A stretch of DNA of 38,267 nt from an uncultured Candidatus Nitrosopelagicus sp. (GCA_964539205.1 CAZIHG010000019.1:1-38267), one strand, 5' to 3'; numbered from the stretch's first letter, positions 9,445 to 19,875 are shown. The notes: generated by a model not told the origin, from the letters alone. A program made the numbers and translations.

Positions 9445-10137
9445 TTGAACAAAAAGATTTTAGCTGTTGATATAGATGGTACTATCACTCTTAATGGATG
9501 GGGATCCATACATTTAGGTGCATTAAAAAAATTGCGTCAGCTAAAGGATGATGGGCATAAAATAATTCTAGTTACAGGTAGATCGTCAGTTGAAGGATAT
9601 CTATTATCAATTTTTGGTGGTCTAACACATATGGCAGTAGGTGAGAACGGTGGTTGTATCACTTATGGCGATATCATGAACCATAAAATTATCGGAAACA
9701 AGGGTGAATGTATTCAGGCATTAGCATTTTTGCAGAATAGAATTGATGGGAAAATTAAAGAGAAGCCAGTTTTTCCACGAATGACTGAAGTTGTACTAGA
9801 AAGAACATTTGATATCAGTAAAGCCCAGAAGATACTAGATGAAGAAGGTCTTGATGTTGGACTATTTGACAGTGGTTATGCATTTCATATTAATTCACGT
9901 GGAATTGATAAAGGCGCAGGTTTTTTGGAGGCACTAAATATGTTAGAATGTGATGTTAGTGATGCAATTGCAATTGGGGATAGCGAGACTGACGTACCAT
10001 TATTCAATCTAATTCCAAACAATATAGCAGTGAATAACTCGATAGATGATCTCAAAAAAATTGCTAGAATTGTTACAACTAAAGAGTCAGGAGAAGGAGT
10101 GTTAGAAGGCTTAGATATGATTTCATCTGAATTATAG
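9445..10137 (+). CDS. HAD-family phosphoglycolate phosphatase (archaeal SPP-like)
   Basis: DIDGTIT, VTGR, ENGG, DKG, AIGDSETD. Confidence 0.88.
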   Translation: MNKKILAVDIDGTITLNGWGSIHLGALKKLRQLKDDGHKIILVTGRSSVEGYLLSIFGGLTHMAVGENGGCITYGDIMNHKIIGNKGECIQALAFLQNRIDGKIKEKPVFPRMTEVVLERTFDISKAQKILDEEGLDVGLFDSGYAFHINSRGIDKGAGFLEALNMLECDVSDAIAIGDSETDVPLFNLIPNNIAVNNSIDDLKKIARIVTTKESGEGVLEGLDMISSEL

Positions 10138-10144
10138 GTGTAAG

Positions 10145-12031
10145 ATGACGTTTCTGGAGATACTTTCCAAAATTAGGTACAATATTGATCAGATTGTGAA
10201 AGATCAAGGATATGAGGATATCAACTTCGCAGTAGAACCATCAAAACCAGGATTTGGTGATATTACATGCAATGTTGCATTCTTATTGGCAAAGCAATTA
10301 AAACAAAATCCACATGATGTTGCAGAAAAAATTGCATCATTATATATAATTGATACAAACTCTGAAATCAAAAATGTTATACCACATCCAACTGGCAATC
10401 TTAATTTTGAGATAGACTATTCATTTCTAAATAACAAAATAATCACTGCATCATTAAAAGATAATTATGGTGAATTAGACATTGGGAAAAATCAAAAAAT
10501 TATTGTTGAACATACATCTGTCAATCCAAATAAAGCATTACACATTGGTCATATTCGAAATGTCGTATTAGGTGACATTATTGCAAGAATTCTAAAGAAA
10601 GTAAATTTTGATGTTAAAGTGCTCAACTATATTGATGATTCAGGTTTACAGGTAGCAGATATAATAGTTGGATTCAGATTTGGTGGAATTCCAGATATAC
10701 CACCAAATAACAAAAAATTTGATCATTATTGTGGTGATGACGTTTACGTAAAAACTACTGATGCATATGAATCTGATAAATCACTAGAAGAAAAACGTCA
10801 TCTTGTATTGCATGAAATAGAAAATGAAACAAGTGAGATCTCAAAATATGCTAAAAAAATAACTAGAAAAGTTCTAGATGAGCAGTTAGCAACAGTTTGG
10901 GAGTTGGGCGTATTTTATGACTGCCTCAATTTTGAATCGCAGATTGTTCATTCCAAACTTTGGAGTACGATATTTGAAAAACTCAAATCTGATAATTTAG
11001 TAAGACTAGAATCATCTGGTGATAATGCTGGCTGTTGGGTAATTCCAGCTCAAGATGAGGATGATAAAATTCTTGTTCGTAGCAATGGAATTGCAACATA
11101 TATTGCAAAAGATATACCATATGCAGCATGGAAACTTGGATTAGTTGATGATCCATTTAATTACAAAATTCATTCAACACAGACAAACAACCAAATTCTT
11201 TATGAAACAACTTTAGATGATCTTTCTGAAAACAATGATGGTAGAATCGATTTTTCCGCTGATAAAGTAATTACTGTAATTGATAATAGGCAAAAACGTC
11301 TTCAAAATATTGTCACTGAATTGATGACAAAATTCAAGCAAGAAGTTTCATACGTACATCTTGGCTACGAATCTGTCACACTTAGTTCGAATACTGTTAA
11401 GACACTTGGTATTGATTCTGATGGAAAACCTGCTCAAATGTCTGGAAGAAAGGGTCTATACATTAATGCCGATTTGGTAATTACTAATCTAAAGAAAAAT
11501 GTGTTTGAAGAATCTCAAAAACGAAATGTTGATCTCAATAATACACAACTAAAGCAAATTGCAAAAGATGTTGCAATTGGAACTATCAGATATGAGATGA
11601 TAAAACCTGATCTTGATAAGATTATAACTTTTGATCTTAATAATTCACTAAAGCTGGAAGGAGACACTTGTAGTTACATACAATATTCATATGCTAGAGC
11701 AACAAGAATTTTAGAAAAATCTGATATAACACCAAACTTCGATGTAGATTTCTCAAACCTTCAAGATCAATATGAGATTGAACTTTTAAAGAAAATTGCC
11801 ATGTTTGACATCTTTGTTAATGATGCTGCTAACAATTTATCACCAAAAATTATTGCCAAGTACTGTTATTCACTTTCAACTGTATTCTCCTCATTCTATG
11901 AACACGTACAGGTCAATACAGCTGATACACCTGAATTAAAAAACTCTAGAGTGTGTCTTTTACACGCATATAAGAACACATTGAAGAGTGCATTTGCTTT
12001 GCTAGGAATAGCTACTCCAGAACGTATGTGA
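10145..12031 (+). CDS. argS: Arginyl-tRNA synthetase
   Basis: EHTSVNPNKALHIGHIRN (HIGH motif), MSGRKG, YIQYSYARA, FYE, C-terminal PERM. Confidence 0.96.
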   Translation: MTFLEILSKIRYNIDQIVKDQGYEDINFAVEPSKPGFGDITCNVAFLLAKQLKQNPHDVAEKIASLYIIDTNSEIKNVIPHPTGNLNFEIDYSFLNNKIITASLKDNYGELDIGKNQKIIVEHTSVNPNKALHIGHIRNVVLGDIIARILKKVNFDVKVLNYIDDSGLQVADIIVGFRFGGIPDIPPNNKKFDHYCGDDVYVKTTDAYESDKSLEEKRHLVLHEIENETSEISKYAKKITRKVLDEQLATVWELGVFYDCLNFESQIVHSKLWSTIFEKLKSDNLVRLESSGDNAGCWVIPAQDEDDKILVRSNGIATYIAKDIPYAAWKLGLVDDPFNYKIHSTQTNNQILYETTLDDLSENNDGRIDFSADKVITVIDNRQKRLQNIVTELMTKFKQEVSYVHLGYESVTLSSNTVKTLGIDSDGKPAQMSGRKGLYINADLVITNLKKNVFEESQKRNVDLNNTQLKQIAKDVAIGTIRYEMIKPDLDKIITFDLNNSLKLEGDTCSYIQYSYARATRILEKSDITPNFDVDFSNLQDQYEIELLKKIAMFDIFVNDAANNLSPKIIAKYCYSLSTVFSSFYEHVQVNTADTPELKNSRVCLLHAYKNTLKSAFALLGIATPERM

Positions 12032-12274
12032 TTATTTGATTCCTATTTGAAATTCTTTACAATTACAATTTGAAACTAAACACTGATCTTTTTTATTGAT
12101 ATGCTCATCTACCAAATGACCACAAAAATCATTATGGCAGATCTTCCTATTCATTTCTCGTAGAACTATCCTCTCAGCAATTTTATTTGCATCTTCTTTT
12201 GTGTAGCCTTTTTTATCAATATAATAATGGACTATCTGTTTCCAGAGTTTATCAATTTCAATCATTCTTTTCAC
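12032..12274 (-). CDS. Small protein with C-terminal Cys/His metal-binding motif
   Basis: CHNDFCGHLVDEH...CLVSNCNCKEF. Confidence 0.7.
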   Translation of the reverse strand: MKRMIEIDKLWKQIVHYYIDKKGYTKEDANKIAERIVLREMNRKICHNDFCGHLVDEHINKKDQCLVSNCNCKEFQIGIK

Positions 12275-12327
12275 TTAAATTGTTGTATATTTAGAAAGCT
12301 TTCTTTAAAAAAGATTGATCTTTCAGT

Positions 12328-12897
12328 ATGATGATAAGTTTGGATATTCTACAAATTGCAGAAGAAAATTTTCTTATCACATTCAGTATTGTCTTTGGAG
12401 TTGGATTTTTACAAGGTGCAATATTAGCAAGAGGCATAAGGAAAAAATTTCCTAAATTAAAAAAATATGCCAAAGGCATCTCTATTATTTTATTAATTTT
12501 ATTTGCGATTAATGCATCTGGGAACATATCTAAATTTGCAGATCCTTCCAAAGTAACTGTAAACAATTTTCAAATACCTGAAACACCGGAAGGTGCATTT
12601 ACTCTAATAATTGATTTACTAGGATTGAATGCAGGAGTATTAGCTGTAATTGGAATCTTCATAACAGTGTCGTTGATTTTAATTTTTAAATTTGCAGATA
12701 TATCACCACTCGCAAGATATTTTATTTTTACAATTAGTTTAATTGTATTAATTGTCTCTATACTAGGAAAATTTACAGATTATGTTCCCACAGTTTTTCA
12801 AATAATCCTGTATTCTATTTATCAATTAGGTTTGACAATTGGAATGTTTATAGTTATGAGAAGAAGAAGTGATGATCCATTAGAAGAATTGAATTGA
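12328..12897 (+). CDS. Multi-pass membrane protein, unknown function
   Basis: About five hydrophobic segments in 189 aa. Confidence 0.75.
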   Translation: MMISLDILQIAEENFLITFSIVFGVGFLQGAILARGIRKKFPKLKKYAKGISIILLILFAINASGNISKFADPSKVTVNNFQIPETPEGAFTLIIDLLGLNAGVLAVIGIFITVSLILIFKFADISPLARYFIFTISLIVLIVSILGKFTDYVPTVFQIILYSIYQLGLTIGMFIVMRRRSDDPLEELN

Positions 12898-12942
12898 ATT
12901 TTCAAACATTCTAAAAAATTACACCAAAATTATTTATCTAGT

Positions 12943-13833
12943 TTATAATAATTCTCTCAATCCAGCACATCTATTACGAATTGTTACTTCAGTTACACCA
13001 GAAGCATTTGAGATATTTCTTTGTGTTGTGTTACCGCCATCTGATATACACGCAAGATATAATGCAGCTGCGGCTAAACCCATTGGATCTTTTCCTGCAA
13101 CTAATCCAATTTTTTTTGCCTTATTCAGTAGTGCAATTGCTTTTCGTTTTGTTTTTTCACCTAATCCTGCCTCACTAGCAATTCTTGCAACACCATTGAT
13201 TGGATCAGCAATTGGAACTTTGAGATCAAGTTCTCTAAATATTAATCTGTAACATCTTGCAACATCTTTTCTTCTAACATTAATTCCATCAGCAACATCA
13301 TCAAGTGTTCTAGGTGTTTCTGTATCCCTACATGCAGCATATATGCATGATGCCACAAGACCATGAATGGATCTACCTTTGACTAACTTCTTTTCATTAG
13401 CCTTTCGGTAAATATACGCAGCTTTTTCGATCACCGTGTCGGTTAATGATAATTTATCCTTGAGTTTATCCATTTCACTTAATGCCTGTCTCAAATTCTT
13501 ATCTGAAGCAGAATTTACTTGTGAACGTGTATTCCAGGTTCTAAGTCGATCAATAGATTTTTTCATTGCAGATGATAATGGTTTTCCTGTAGCATCTTTG
13601 TTTGTTGAACCAATCATAGTTGATAGTCCCATATCATGTATAGTAATAGAGGTGCCAGAACCTACTCTGCTTTTATCATTACCATCATTAGCAAAAGACC
13701 TCCATTCAGGTCCTTCATTTTCTCTATTTTCAGAAATGACTATACCGCATACACTACATAGTATCTCACCAGAATTTTCATCTAAAACAAACGATGATTT
13801 GTTACATGCAGGACATTTTTTTAAATTTGACAA
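12943..13833 (-). CDS. tfb: Transcription initiation factor IIB (one of probably several paralogues)
   Basis: Zinc ribbon CPAC...CSVCG, GPEWRSF, HDMGLST, two cyclin repeats, GKDPMGLAAAALY, VTEVTIRNR. Confidence 0.96.
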   Translation of the reverse strand: MSNLKKCPACNKSSFVLDENSGEILCSVCGIVISENRENEGPEWRSFANDGNDKSRVGSGTSITIHDMGLSTMIGSTNKDATGKPLSSAMKKSIDRLRTWNTRSQVNSASDKNLRQALSEMDKLKDKLSLTDTVIEKAAYIYRKANEKKLVKGRSIHGLVASCIYAACRDTETPRTLDDVADGINVRRKDVARCYRLIFRELDLKVPIADPINGVARIASEAGLGEKTKRKAIALLNKAKKIGLVAGKDPMGLAAAALYLACISDGGNTTQRNISNASGVTEVTIRNRCAGLRELL

Positions 13834-13958
13834 TTTTGATGTTTAAAGTGTTTTTCTTGTGTTTAAAAATGATTGTTCACCATTTCAACTGGTTAATAGT
13901 ATGAAACGTGCGTATAATTCTACAATTATTTTTATCCAACCATATTTTACAATAATCC

Positions 13959-14540
13959 TTGGTTAAGAAAAAGCAACCAAAAGTTGTTGGTGTCGAAATA
14001 CTAAAGAAAAATGGTTTAGATGTTGATAAGCTTATAAAACTATTAGTGACTAATGCATCGGTCGAGTTCACAGCCTATTATTATTTTACAAATTTGAGAA
14101 TGCATTCTACAGGTATGGAAGGAGAAGGTGTCAAAGGCATCATAGAGGATGCAAGATTAGAAGATCTTAGTCACTTCGAATCATGTCTTGAACGTATATA
14201 CCAATTAGGAGGAAGTATACCAAACGATGCACAAGCGTTTATCAAAATGTCTGGCTGTGAATTTTTACAATTGCCACGAAATCCTACAGATATAAAATCA
14301 ATATTAGAAAAATGTCTAAAAGCTGAACAAGGTGCAATAGTCAATTGGAATAAAGTATGTAAAATGACACATGGTAAGGATCCTGCAACATATGACATTG
14401 CAAAAGATATACTTATGGAAGAAATTGAACACGAAAGTTGGTTTTTGGAATTACTCTATGGACGACCATCAGGTCACATGCGAAGGAAATTTCCAGGAGA
14501 GAGACCTCATACACAGAAGCATTCCAGATCACTTGGATAA
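13959..14540 (+). CDS. dps: DPS-like (DpsL) ferritin-superfamily protein
   Basis: [45 protein letters not shown]. Confidence 0.9.
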   Translation: MVKKKQPKVVGVEILKKNGLDVDKLIKLLVTNASVEFTAYYYFTNLRMHSTGMEGEGVKGIIEDARLEDLSHFESCLERIYQLGGSIPNDAQAFIKMSGCEFLQLPRNPTDIKSILEKCLKAEQGAIVNWNKVCKMTHGKDPATYDIAKDILMEEIEHESWFLELLYGRPSGHMRRKFPGERPHTQKHSRSLG

Positions 14541-14555
14541 TCTTATAATTTTAAA

Positions 14556-16010
14556 CTAGACATCTAGCAAACAATAAGCATATTTTGTTTCTTTGATCAT
14601 TGGATACATTATACTATCTACATCAGTTGTATGTCGTAGTCCGATTCCGTGCCCCAATTCATGTGTCATGATTGTTTCAACAGTTTCTACATCAAAGAGT
14701 TGAAAATTTCCGTCACATCCATATCCACCAAGTGCAACCTCTATAACCCCTTTTCCAAGATTCGCATGACCCAATACATTCTCACCAATATCACGAACTA
14801 CCCATGTGACCCATAGATTTGCATCAACTTTTGATTTTGTAGTGACAAAATGTATTTTTGCTGGTTTTCCATCATTAGATTTGAATTCTTTTTCTTCCCA
14901 GTATTGGAATGAATTAGTTAATGTACTCACATGATCTAATGGCAGACTATTGGGTTGTTTATTTATGTAAATTTTGTATTGTATGTAGTATACACCATCT
15001 TCTAGTTCATATGTTGGATTTGGGAATTTCTTGTTTCCCATCTCAATTTGTTGGTCAAAATTCCATACAACATAGTCTCTCATGAATTTTTTTATAACAT
15101 CATTACTTGGATTTGGATATTCAATGTAACGTTTGTCATCATTTACAGTCTTTTCAATTCTATCCAAATATCTAGCAAATTGCCATCTATTCCTATCAGA
15201 AATTTTTTGCTCTTCTTCACTCATTTGAGACATATCTGGATATTCAATAACAAGTAATCCATTTTCTATGAGATAATGAATTCCTGTTATGAATTCAGAA
15301 TCTTCAATTCCACCATCAGCCCACCACCCAGCAGTATTTTTTACCCAACTTGGAATAATCTGTGATGAATTATCCTGCTTATCTGTGAGTTGTATCTTGA
15401 TAATGTTGTTTTTGATCATATATTGTATTGATGTTATGAATTCAGAGTCTCCAATAGTACCATCAGCCCACCACCCAGCAGTATTTTTTACCCAACTTGG
15501 AATAGTTTCAACTACATTCAATGTAAAGAAGTCAGGTTTTTCAACTTCATTATATGGATATTTTTTTACGACATTATCTGCAAAATTTTTGTAATTAATA
15601 GTGACATGATTTTCTGGTGAAATTGTGTATGCCTTCTCAAAATATTTTTGTGCTTCTTTGTACTCTCCAAAATTTCCAAATCCAACACCCATACCAAGTA
15701 AAGCTGAAATGTTATTTGGTTCATTTTCTAAAACTTTGTAAAGTTCATTCATTGATTGTTTATGCCGTTCTAAATTACTTAGTGCAATACCTTTCATTAA
15801 CATCGCATCAATATTTTCTGGTGAAATTTCTAATATTTCATCATACACGTTTATTGCTTCTCTTAATTCCCCATTTTGTAGATATTCGGCGGCAGTTTTA
15901 TGTAAAATAGAAATTTGACTATTATCAGCAAATATTGGATTAGTAACTAAAATAAAAAATATAAACAATGTAAAAAATCCAAAGAAGAATGAATTGTGCA
16001 TCTCTTTCAT
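14556..16010 (-). CDS. Exported TPR + 2x WWADG repeat + matrixin (M10-like) zinc metalloprotease
   Basis: Signal peptide, TPR-like helices, IPSWVKNTAGWWADG twice, HELGHGIGLRH (HExxHxxGxxH), Met-turn SIMYP. Confidence 0.85.
   Translation of the reverse strand: MKEMHNSFFFGFFTLFIFFILVTNPIFADNSQISILHKTAAEYLQNGELREAINVYDEILEISPENIDAMLMKGIALSNLERHKQSMNELYKVLENEPNNISALLGMGVGFGNFGEYKEAQKYFEKAYTISPENHVTINYKNFADNVVKKYPYNEVEKPDFFTLNVVETIPSWVKNTAGWWADGTIGDSEFITSIQYMIKNNIIKIQLTDKQDNSSQIIPSWVKNTAGWWADGGIEDSEFITGIHYLIENGLLVIEYPDMSQMSEEEQKISDRNRWQFARYLDRIEKTVNDDKRYIEYPNPSNDVIKKFMRDYVVWNFDQQIEMGNKKFPNPTYELEDGVYYIQYKIYINKQPNSLPLDHVSTLTNSFQYWEEKEFKSNDGKPAKIHFVTTKSKVDANLWVTWVVRDIGENVLGHANLGKGVIEVALGGYGCDGNFQLFDVETVETIMTHELGHGIGLRHTTDVDSIMYPMIKETKYAYCLLDV
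15312..15504. repeat. Exact 46-bp direct repeat (15312-15357 and 15459-15504) encoding the IPSWVKNTAGWWADG module
   Basis: accatcagcccaccacccagcagtattttttacccaacttggaata occurs twice, offset by 147 bp (49 codons). Confidence 0.9.
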
Positions 16011-16064
16011 TTAAAACAATGAAAAATTTCCAAATTAAGGGTATCTACAAATTTTTCCACATAA

Positions 16065-17066
16065 TTACCTGTGAATTATATCGCCAGCAAAAATTCGCTT
16101 TTCACCTTTATTGGTTTTAAGGATTAATGCACCATCACCATCTATCTTTTTGGCAACTCCAATAATTTTCCCATTTGTTGTATTTACTATAGTTTTTTTA
16201 CCAAGAGTTTCTGAATTATCACACCATTCTTTGATAATTTTTAATTTTTTGCCATCTGATAGGATGTCAATATTTTTTTCTAATTCATATATGAAATTTT
16301 CAATTAAATAAATCGGATTATTATTCTGTGATTCACGTAATATAGTCTCAACACCATAAAAATTTGGTGTACCTTTCAACTTCCTTTCGATTTCTTTTGG
16401 TTTTACTTTATAGTTTATACCAATTCCAATTACAATATTTTCAATAGTATTTGATTGAAATGATGCATCAATCAGCATACCAGCAATTTTTTTCCCATTT
16501 AGAGTTATATCGTTTGGCCATTTTAACTTGGTTTGTACATTTAGAATTTTGTGGATTGATTTTGATAATGCTAATGAACCTACTAGTGGTAGGAGAACAG
16601 AATCCTCAATTGAAAACTTTGGATGTAGAATAATCGATAACCAAATTCCCCCATTAGGTGAAATCCATTTTCTATCTAGTCTTCCTTTTCCTGATGTCTG
16701 TTTTTTGGCAATTATAATAGTACCATTTTCATTCTTATTGTGTGCAACCTGTAATGCGAAGTTTTGTGTTGATTCTAATTCCTCAAAATAATAGATACGC
16801 TTACCAATGTATTTCGTTTTAAGAACACTAGAAATTTCCCACGGTAATAATTGATTAGTAGTTTTTACAAAACGGTATCCACGTTTTTGTTTTGATTCTA
16901 TTTTATAACCTAGTCTACGAATATTTTTGATATGTTTCCAAACCGCAACTCTACTAATTTTTAGAACATCACTCAAGTCCTGACCAGATAGATATTCAGA
17001 TTTATGAGATTTTAGAAATGAAAGTATCTTTTGTAATCCAACATTATCAAACGATGTGTACATCAA
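16065..17066 (-). CDS. birA: Biotin--[acetyl-CoA carboxylase] ligase with N-terminal HTH
   Basis: SGQDLS..L.ISRVAVWKHI, STQ, QTSGKGRLDRKW.SP, KWPNDI, KIAGML, GIGIN. Confidence 0.94.
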   Translation of the reverse strand: MMYTSFDNVGLQKILSFLKSHKSEYLSGQDLSDVLKISRVAVWKHIKNIRRLGYKIESKQKRGYRFVKTTNQLLPWEISSVLKTKYIGKRIYYFEELESTQNFALQVAHNKNENGTIIIAKKQTSGKGRLDRKWISPNGGIWLSIILHPKFSIEDSVLLPLVGSLALSKSIHKILNVQTKLKWPNDITLNGKKIAGMLIDASFQSNTIENIVIGIGINYKVKPKEIERKLKGTPNFYGVETILRESQNNNPIYLIENFIYELEKNIDILSDGKKLKIIKEWCDNSETLGKKTIVNTTNGKIIGVAKKIDGDGALILKTNKGEKRIFAGDIIHR

Positions 17067-17070
17067 ATCT

Positions 17071-17613
17071 TTAGAATCCTATATCCATATCAAATCCACC
17101 ATCATCCATTCCAGAATCACCAAGACCATCACCATCATTGAATTGTGACATGTCTTCCGCTGGTATGTAACTTGACATTGCCATTCCCATCATACTGAAC
17201 ATCATACTGAACATCATAATATCGATTATACCAAAAAACATCATTGTTGGTAAAAATGATTTTTCATCCTTCATAATTTGCTGTAATTTTTGTTTGTCAC
17301 CAGATTCGTAGGCATTTCTCATATTCTTCCACTTTCCCTGTAATTCATGGATTCTTTCTTGAATCTCTTTGCTTCCCTTTTCTGTCACATTCAATTCAAT
17401 TTTTTTACCTAACCAACCTTTTTTTTCATCTACGTTTATGAATCCACGATTTTCAAGTTTTCCTAAAATATCATTTAATTCTTCAGGTTTGATTTTCGTC
17501 ACTTTAGAAATCTTATTGAATTGTCTTGCACCATTATTAATGGCACCTAAAACTATGAGATCTTTTGCCTCCTCTTCCATAAAAAACAATGACCCCACAT
17601 TTTTAAAAAGCAT
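17071..17613 (-). CDS. Winged-helix protein with Met-rich hydrophobic segment and acidic tail
   Basis: wHTH-like LGKLENRGFI...VTEKG; MMFFGIIDIMMFSMMFSMMGMAM; tail DDGGFDMDIGF. Confidence 0.7.
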   Translation of the reverse strand: MLFKNVGSLFFMEEEAKDLIVLGAINNGARQFNKISKVTKIKPEELNDILGKLENRGFINVDEKKGWLGKKIELNVTEKGSKEIQERIHELQGKWKNMRNAYESGDKQKLQQIMKDEKSFLPTMMFFGIIDIMMFSMMFSMMGMAMSSYIPAEDMSQFNDGDGLGDSGMDDGGFDMDIGF

Positions 17614-17721
17614 TTCAAGTAGAATTGGATATTAGGCTGAATATTTCCATGAATGAAACATTTTCAACCCCAAGATTCATAAACTACAGAAACATACAAG
17701 CTAAAAATCAGGATAGATATT

Positions 17722-19434
17722 ATGACAAACTTTGGAAGACTGGAATTTGTATTGGATCGATATTCCGGTACATGGTGTTGGAAAATTTCTGGGATACGTG
17801 CAGTAAATATGGTCTCAAAGTTGATTCCACGTGGATGGTATGGCGATCAACCTGATGAAGTCATAGTTTCAGATTCGGATGATAATATTAAAAAATTAAA
17901 AATGATCAACGACAGATATCCGTTCGACATTCTCTCAAAATCAGTTTGGAAAAGAAAAATCATACCATTAACAATCAAAAAACAAAAAACACCGAAAATC
18001 GAAAAACTTGACAAAGCAATTCCAAGTAAACAATTTCGTGGCGAGTTACTCGATTTTCAACGAGAGGGCTTAGACTTTTTGATGAAATCATCTGGAAACG
18101 CGCTATTGGCTGATGAAATGGGACTTGGAAAAACAGTTCAAACTTTAGCATATTTATCAAAAGAAAAAAATGCATTTCCAGCGTTAATCATTGCACCACT
18201 TGTCACTCTTACCAATTGGCAAAGAGAAATTGAAAAATTTCTCAAAAAAAAGAGTAGAAATGGAAAAATCATCGATGATAAAACACCCAGTTCAGTACTT
18301 ATTAGAAATGGAAAACAGGCAGATATAGGCAAATATGATTTTTACATTATCAATTATGAGTTACTCCATAAAAGACTACCAGATTTATTAAACTTGAATG
18401 TCAGTGCAGTGATCTGTGATGAAGTACAACATTTGCGTTCAAAAACAACACAAAAGTATGCAGCAGTAAAAAAATTGGCTGCAAAAGACGGTGTTAAATT
18501 TCGCGTTGGATTATCTGGTACACCGATTTACAACAGAGGCTCAGAGATTTGGCCTATTGTAGACATATTGAAACCAGGATTACTAGGAAGCTTTAAGGAA
18601 TTTTGTGAATATTTCTGTTATGTTAATGAAAAAGGCAAGGCCATTGTTGTGCCAAACAAACGAGAGAGTTTACGTGATCAATTAACTAACCATGTAATGT
18701 TAAGACGGAAAAAGTCAGATGTTTTAAAAGAATTAAAAGATAAAGTAAGATATCCTGAGGTTATTGCAGCAGATGAAAAGTTCTATAGAACTGAACTTGA
18801 CAAGATTTGGAAAAAACTTGAAGAAGAACAAAAATATGCACAAACTGCATTTGATAAATCAGCATCATATCATCGTGCAATTGAAAGTGAAAGGCAAGCA
18901 GCTGGACTTGCTAAATTACCACATGTGATAAATTTTGTAAATGATATCATGGATATTGAAGAGAGTGTCGTAGTATTTTGTCATCATAGAGCAATTCATG
19001 ATTTGTTACACAGAAGTCTATCAAAATATAATCCCGCATCAATTATTGGTGGACAGACTGATACAAAAAGAGATACTGAAATTATAAGATTTCAAAAGGA
19101 TGAAACAAAACTTATGATTGCAGGATTGCGTGCAGGAAATGTTGGAATTAACTTAAACAATGCAAGTTATGTTATTTTTGCTGAACTGGATTGGAGTCCA
19201 GCGATTCATAGGCAGGCTGAAGATCGTCTACATAGAATAGGTCAAAAAAACACCGTGTTTGCATATTATCTGGTTGGGAATGGTACACTTGATGAGCATG
19301 TATCTGATATTTTACTTGATAAAGAATATGAAATTGATGCAATTCTTGATGCTAAAACTGAATCATTTGAAAATAAAGAACGTGCAAAATTAATTCTCGC
19401 TCAAATTCATGATAAGTTAAATCCAAATAACTGA
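17722..19434 (+). CDS. SNF2-family ATPase (SMARCAL1/HARP-like)
   Basis: FQREG, LLADEMGLGKT, ICDEVQ, LSGTPIYN, MLRRKK..V, GNVGINL, QAEDRLHRIGQ. Confidence 0.93.
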   Translation: MTNFGRLEFVLDRYSGTWCWKISGIRAVNMVSKLIPRGWYGDQPDEVIVSDSDDNIKKLKMINDRYPFDILSKSVWKRKIIPLTIKKQKTPKIEKLDKAIPSKQFRGELLDFQREGLDFLMKSSGNALLADEMGLGKTVQTLAYLSKEKNAFPALIIAPLVTLTNWQREIEKFLKKKSRNGKIIDDKTPSSVLIRNGKQADIGKYDFYIINYELLHKRLPDLLNLNVSAVICDEVQHLRSKTTQKYAAVKKLAAKDGVKFRVGLSGTPIYNRGSEIWPIVDILKPGLLGSFKEFCEYFCYVNEKGKAIVVPNKRESLRDQLTNHVMLRRKKSDVLKELKDKVRYPEVIAADEKFYRTELDKIWKKLEEEQKYAQTAFDKSASYHRAIESERQAAGLAKLPHVINFVNDIMDIEESVVVFCHHRAIHDLLHRSLSKYNPASIIGGQTDTKRDTEIIRFQKDETKLMIAGLRAGNVGINLNNASYVIFAELDWSPAIHRQAEDRLHRIGQKNTVFAYYLVGNGTLDEHVSDILLDKEYEIDAILDAKTESFENKERAKLILAQIHDKLNPNN

Positions 19435-19441
19435 TGATTGT

Positions 19442-19693
19442 ATGGACTTTTTATTAGAAGAAGAAATGATTGATATTCTAACTTTCTGTCTTCAGAACCC
19501 AAATTCAACTGAGATTGATTTAAAGAAGCAGAGACTCAAAGAGATTGGTATTGAGTTATTTAATGATGGTGGTGTTGATGCGATGGAAAATTTCTTTTTT
19601 GTAGTTGAGAACAGAATCATTGGTGAAATTGAAAAAGATCCAAAACCATTCAGAAATTTATGGAATGGTATAACCAACGAATGGAACTACTAG
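19442..19693 (+). CDS. Hypothetical protein, likely co-transcribed with SNF2
   Basis: Starts 7 bp after the SNF2 stop; EIG..L..DGG..AM...WNGI..W pattern. Confidence 0.7.
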   Translation: MDFLLEEEMIDILTFCLQNPNSTEIDLKKQRLKEIGIELFNDGGVDAMENFFFVVENRIIGEIEKDPKPFRNLWNGITNEWNY

Positions 19694-19731
19694 TAGAAAG
19701 AATACTTGAAAAAAGTTATCTGATGTTCTGA

Positions 19732-19875
19732 CTAAGCTTTGCCTATTCTGAACATCGATGTGCTACAAGTTGGGCAAGTACCTTTTACTGCAGGTTTACC
19801 ATTTTTCATGGTAATCGCTGAGGTTCCTTGCATTTCCCTCTTGTCTCTGCATTTGACGCAGTAACCGATTGTCAT
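19732..19875 (-). CDS. DUF5679-like small zinc-ribbon protein (47 aa; absent from ORF track)
   Basis: Hand translation: MTIGYCVKCRDKREMQGTSAITMKNGKPAVKGTCPTCSTSMFRIGKA*. Confidence 0.88.
   Translation of the reverse strand: MTIGYCVKCRDKREMQGTSAITMKNGKPAVKGTCPTCSTSMFRIGKA

Noticed and set aside
15312-15504. CRISPR array or DGR template/variable repeat
   Set aside because: Only two in-frame coding copies, identical with no adenine-specific differences. No cas or reverse transcriptase gene in the window.
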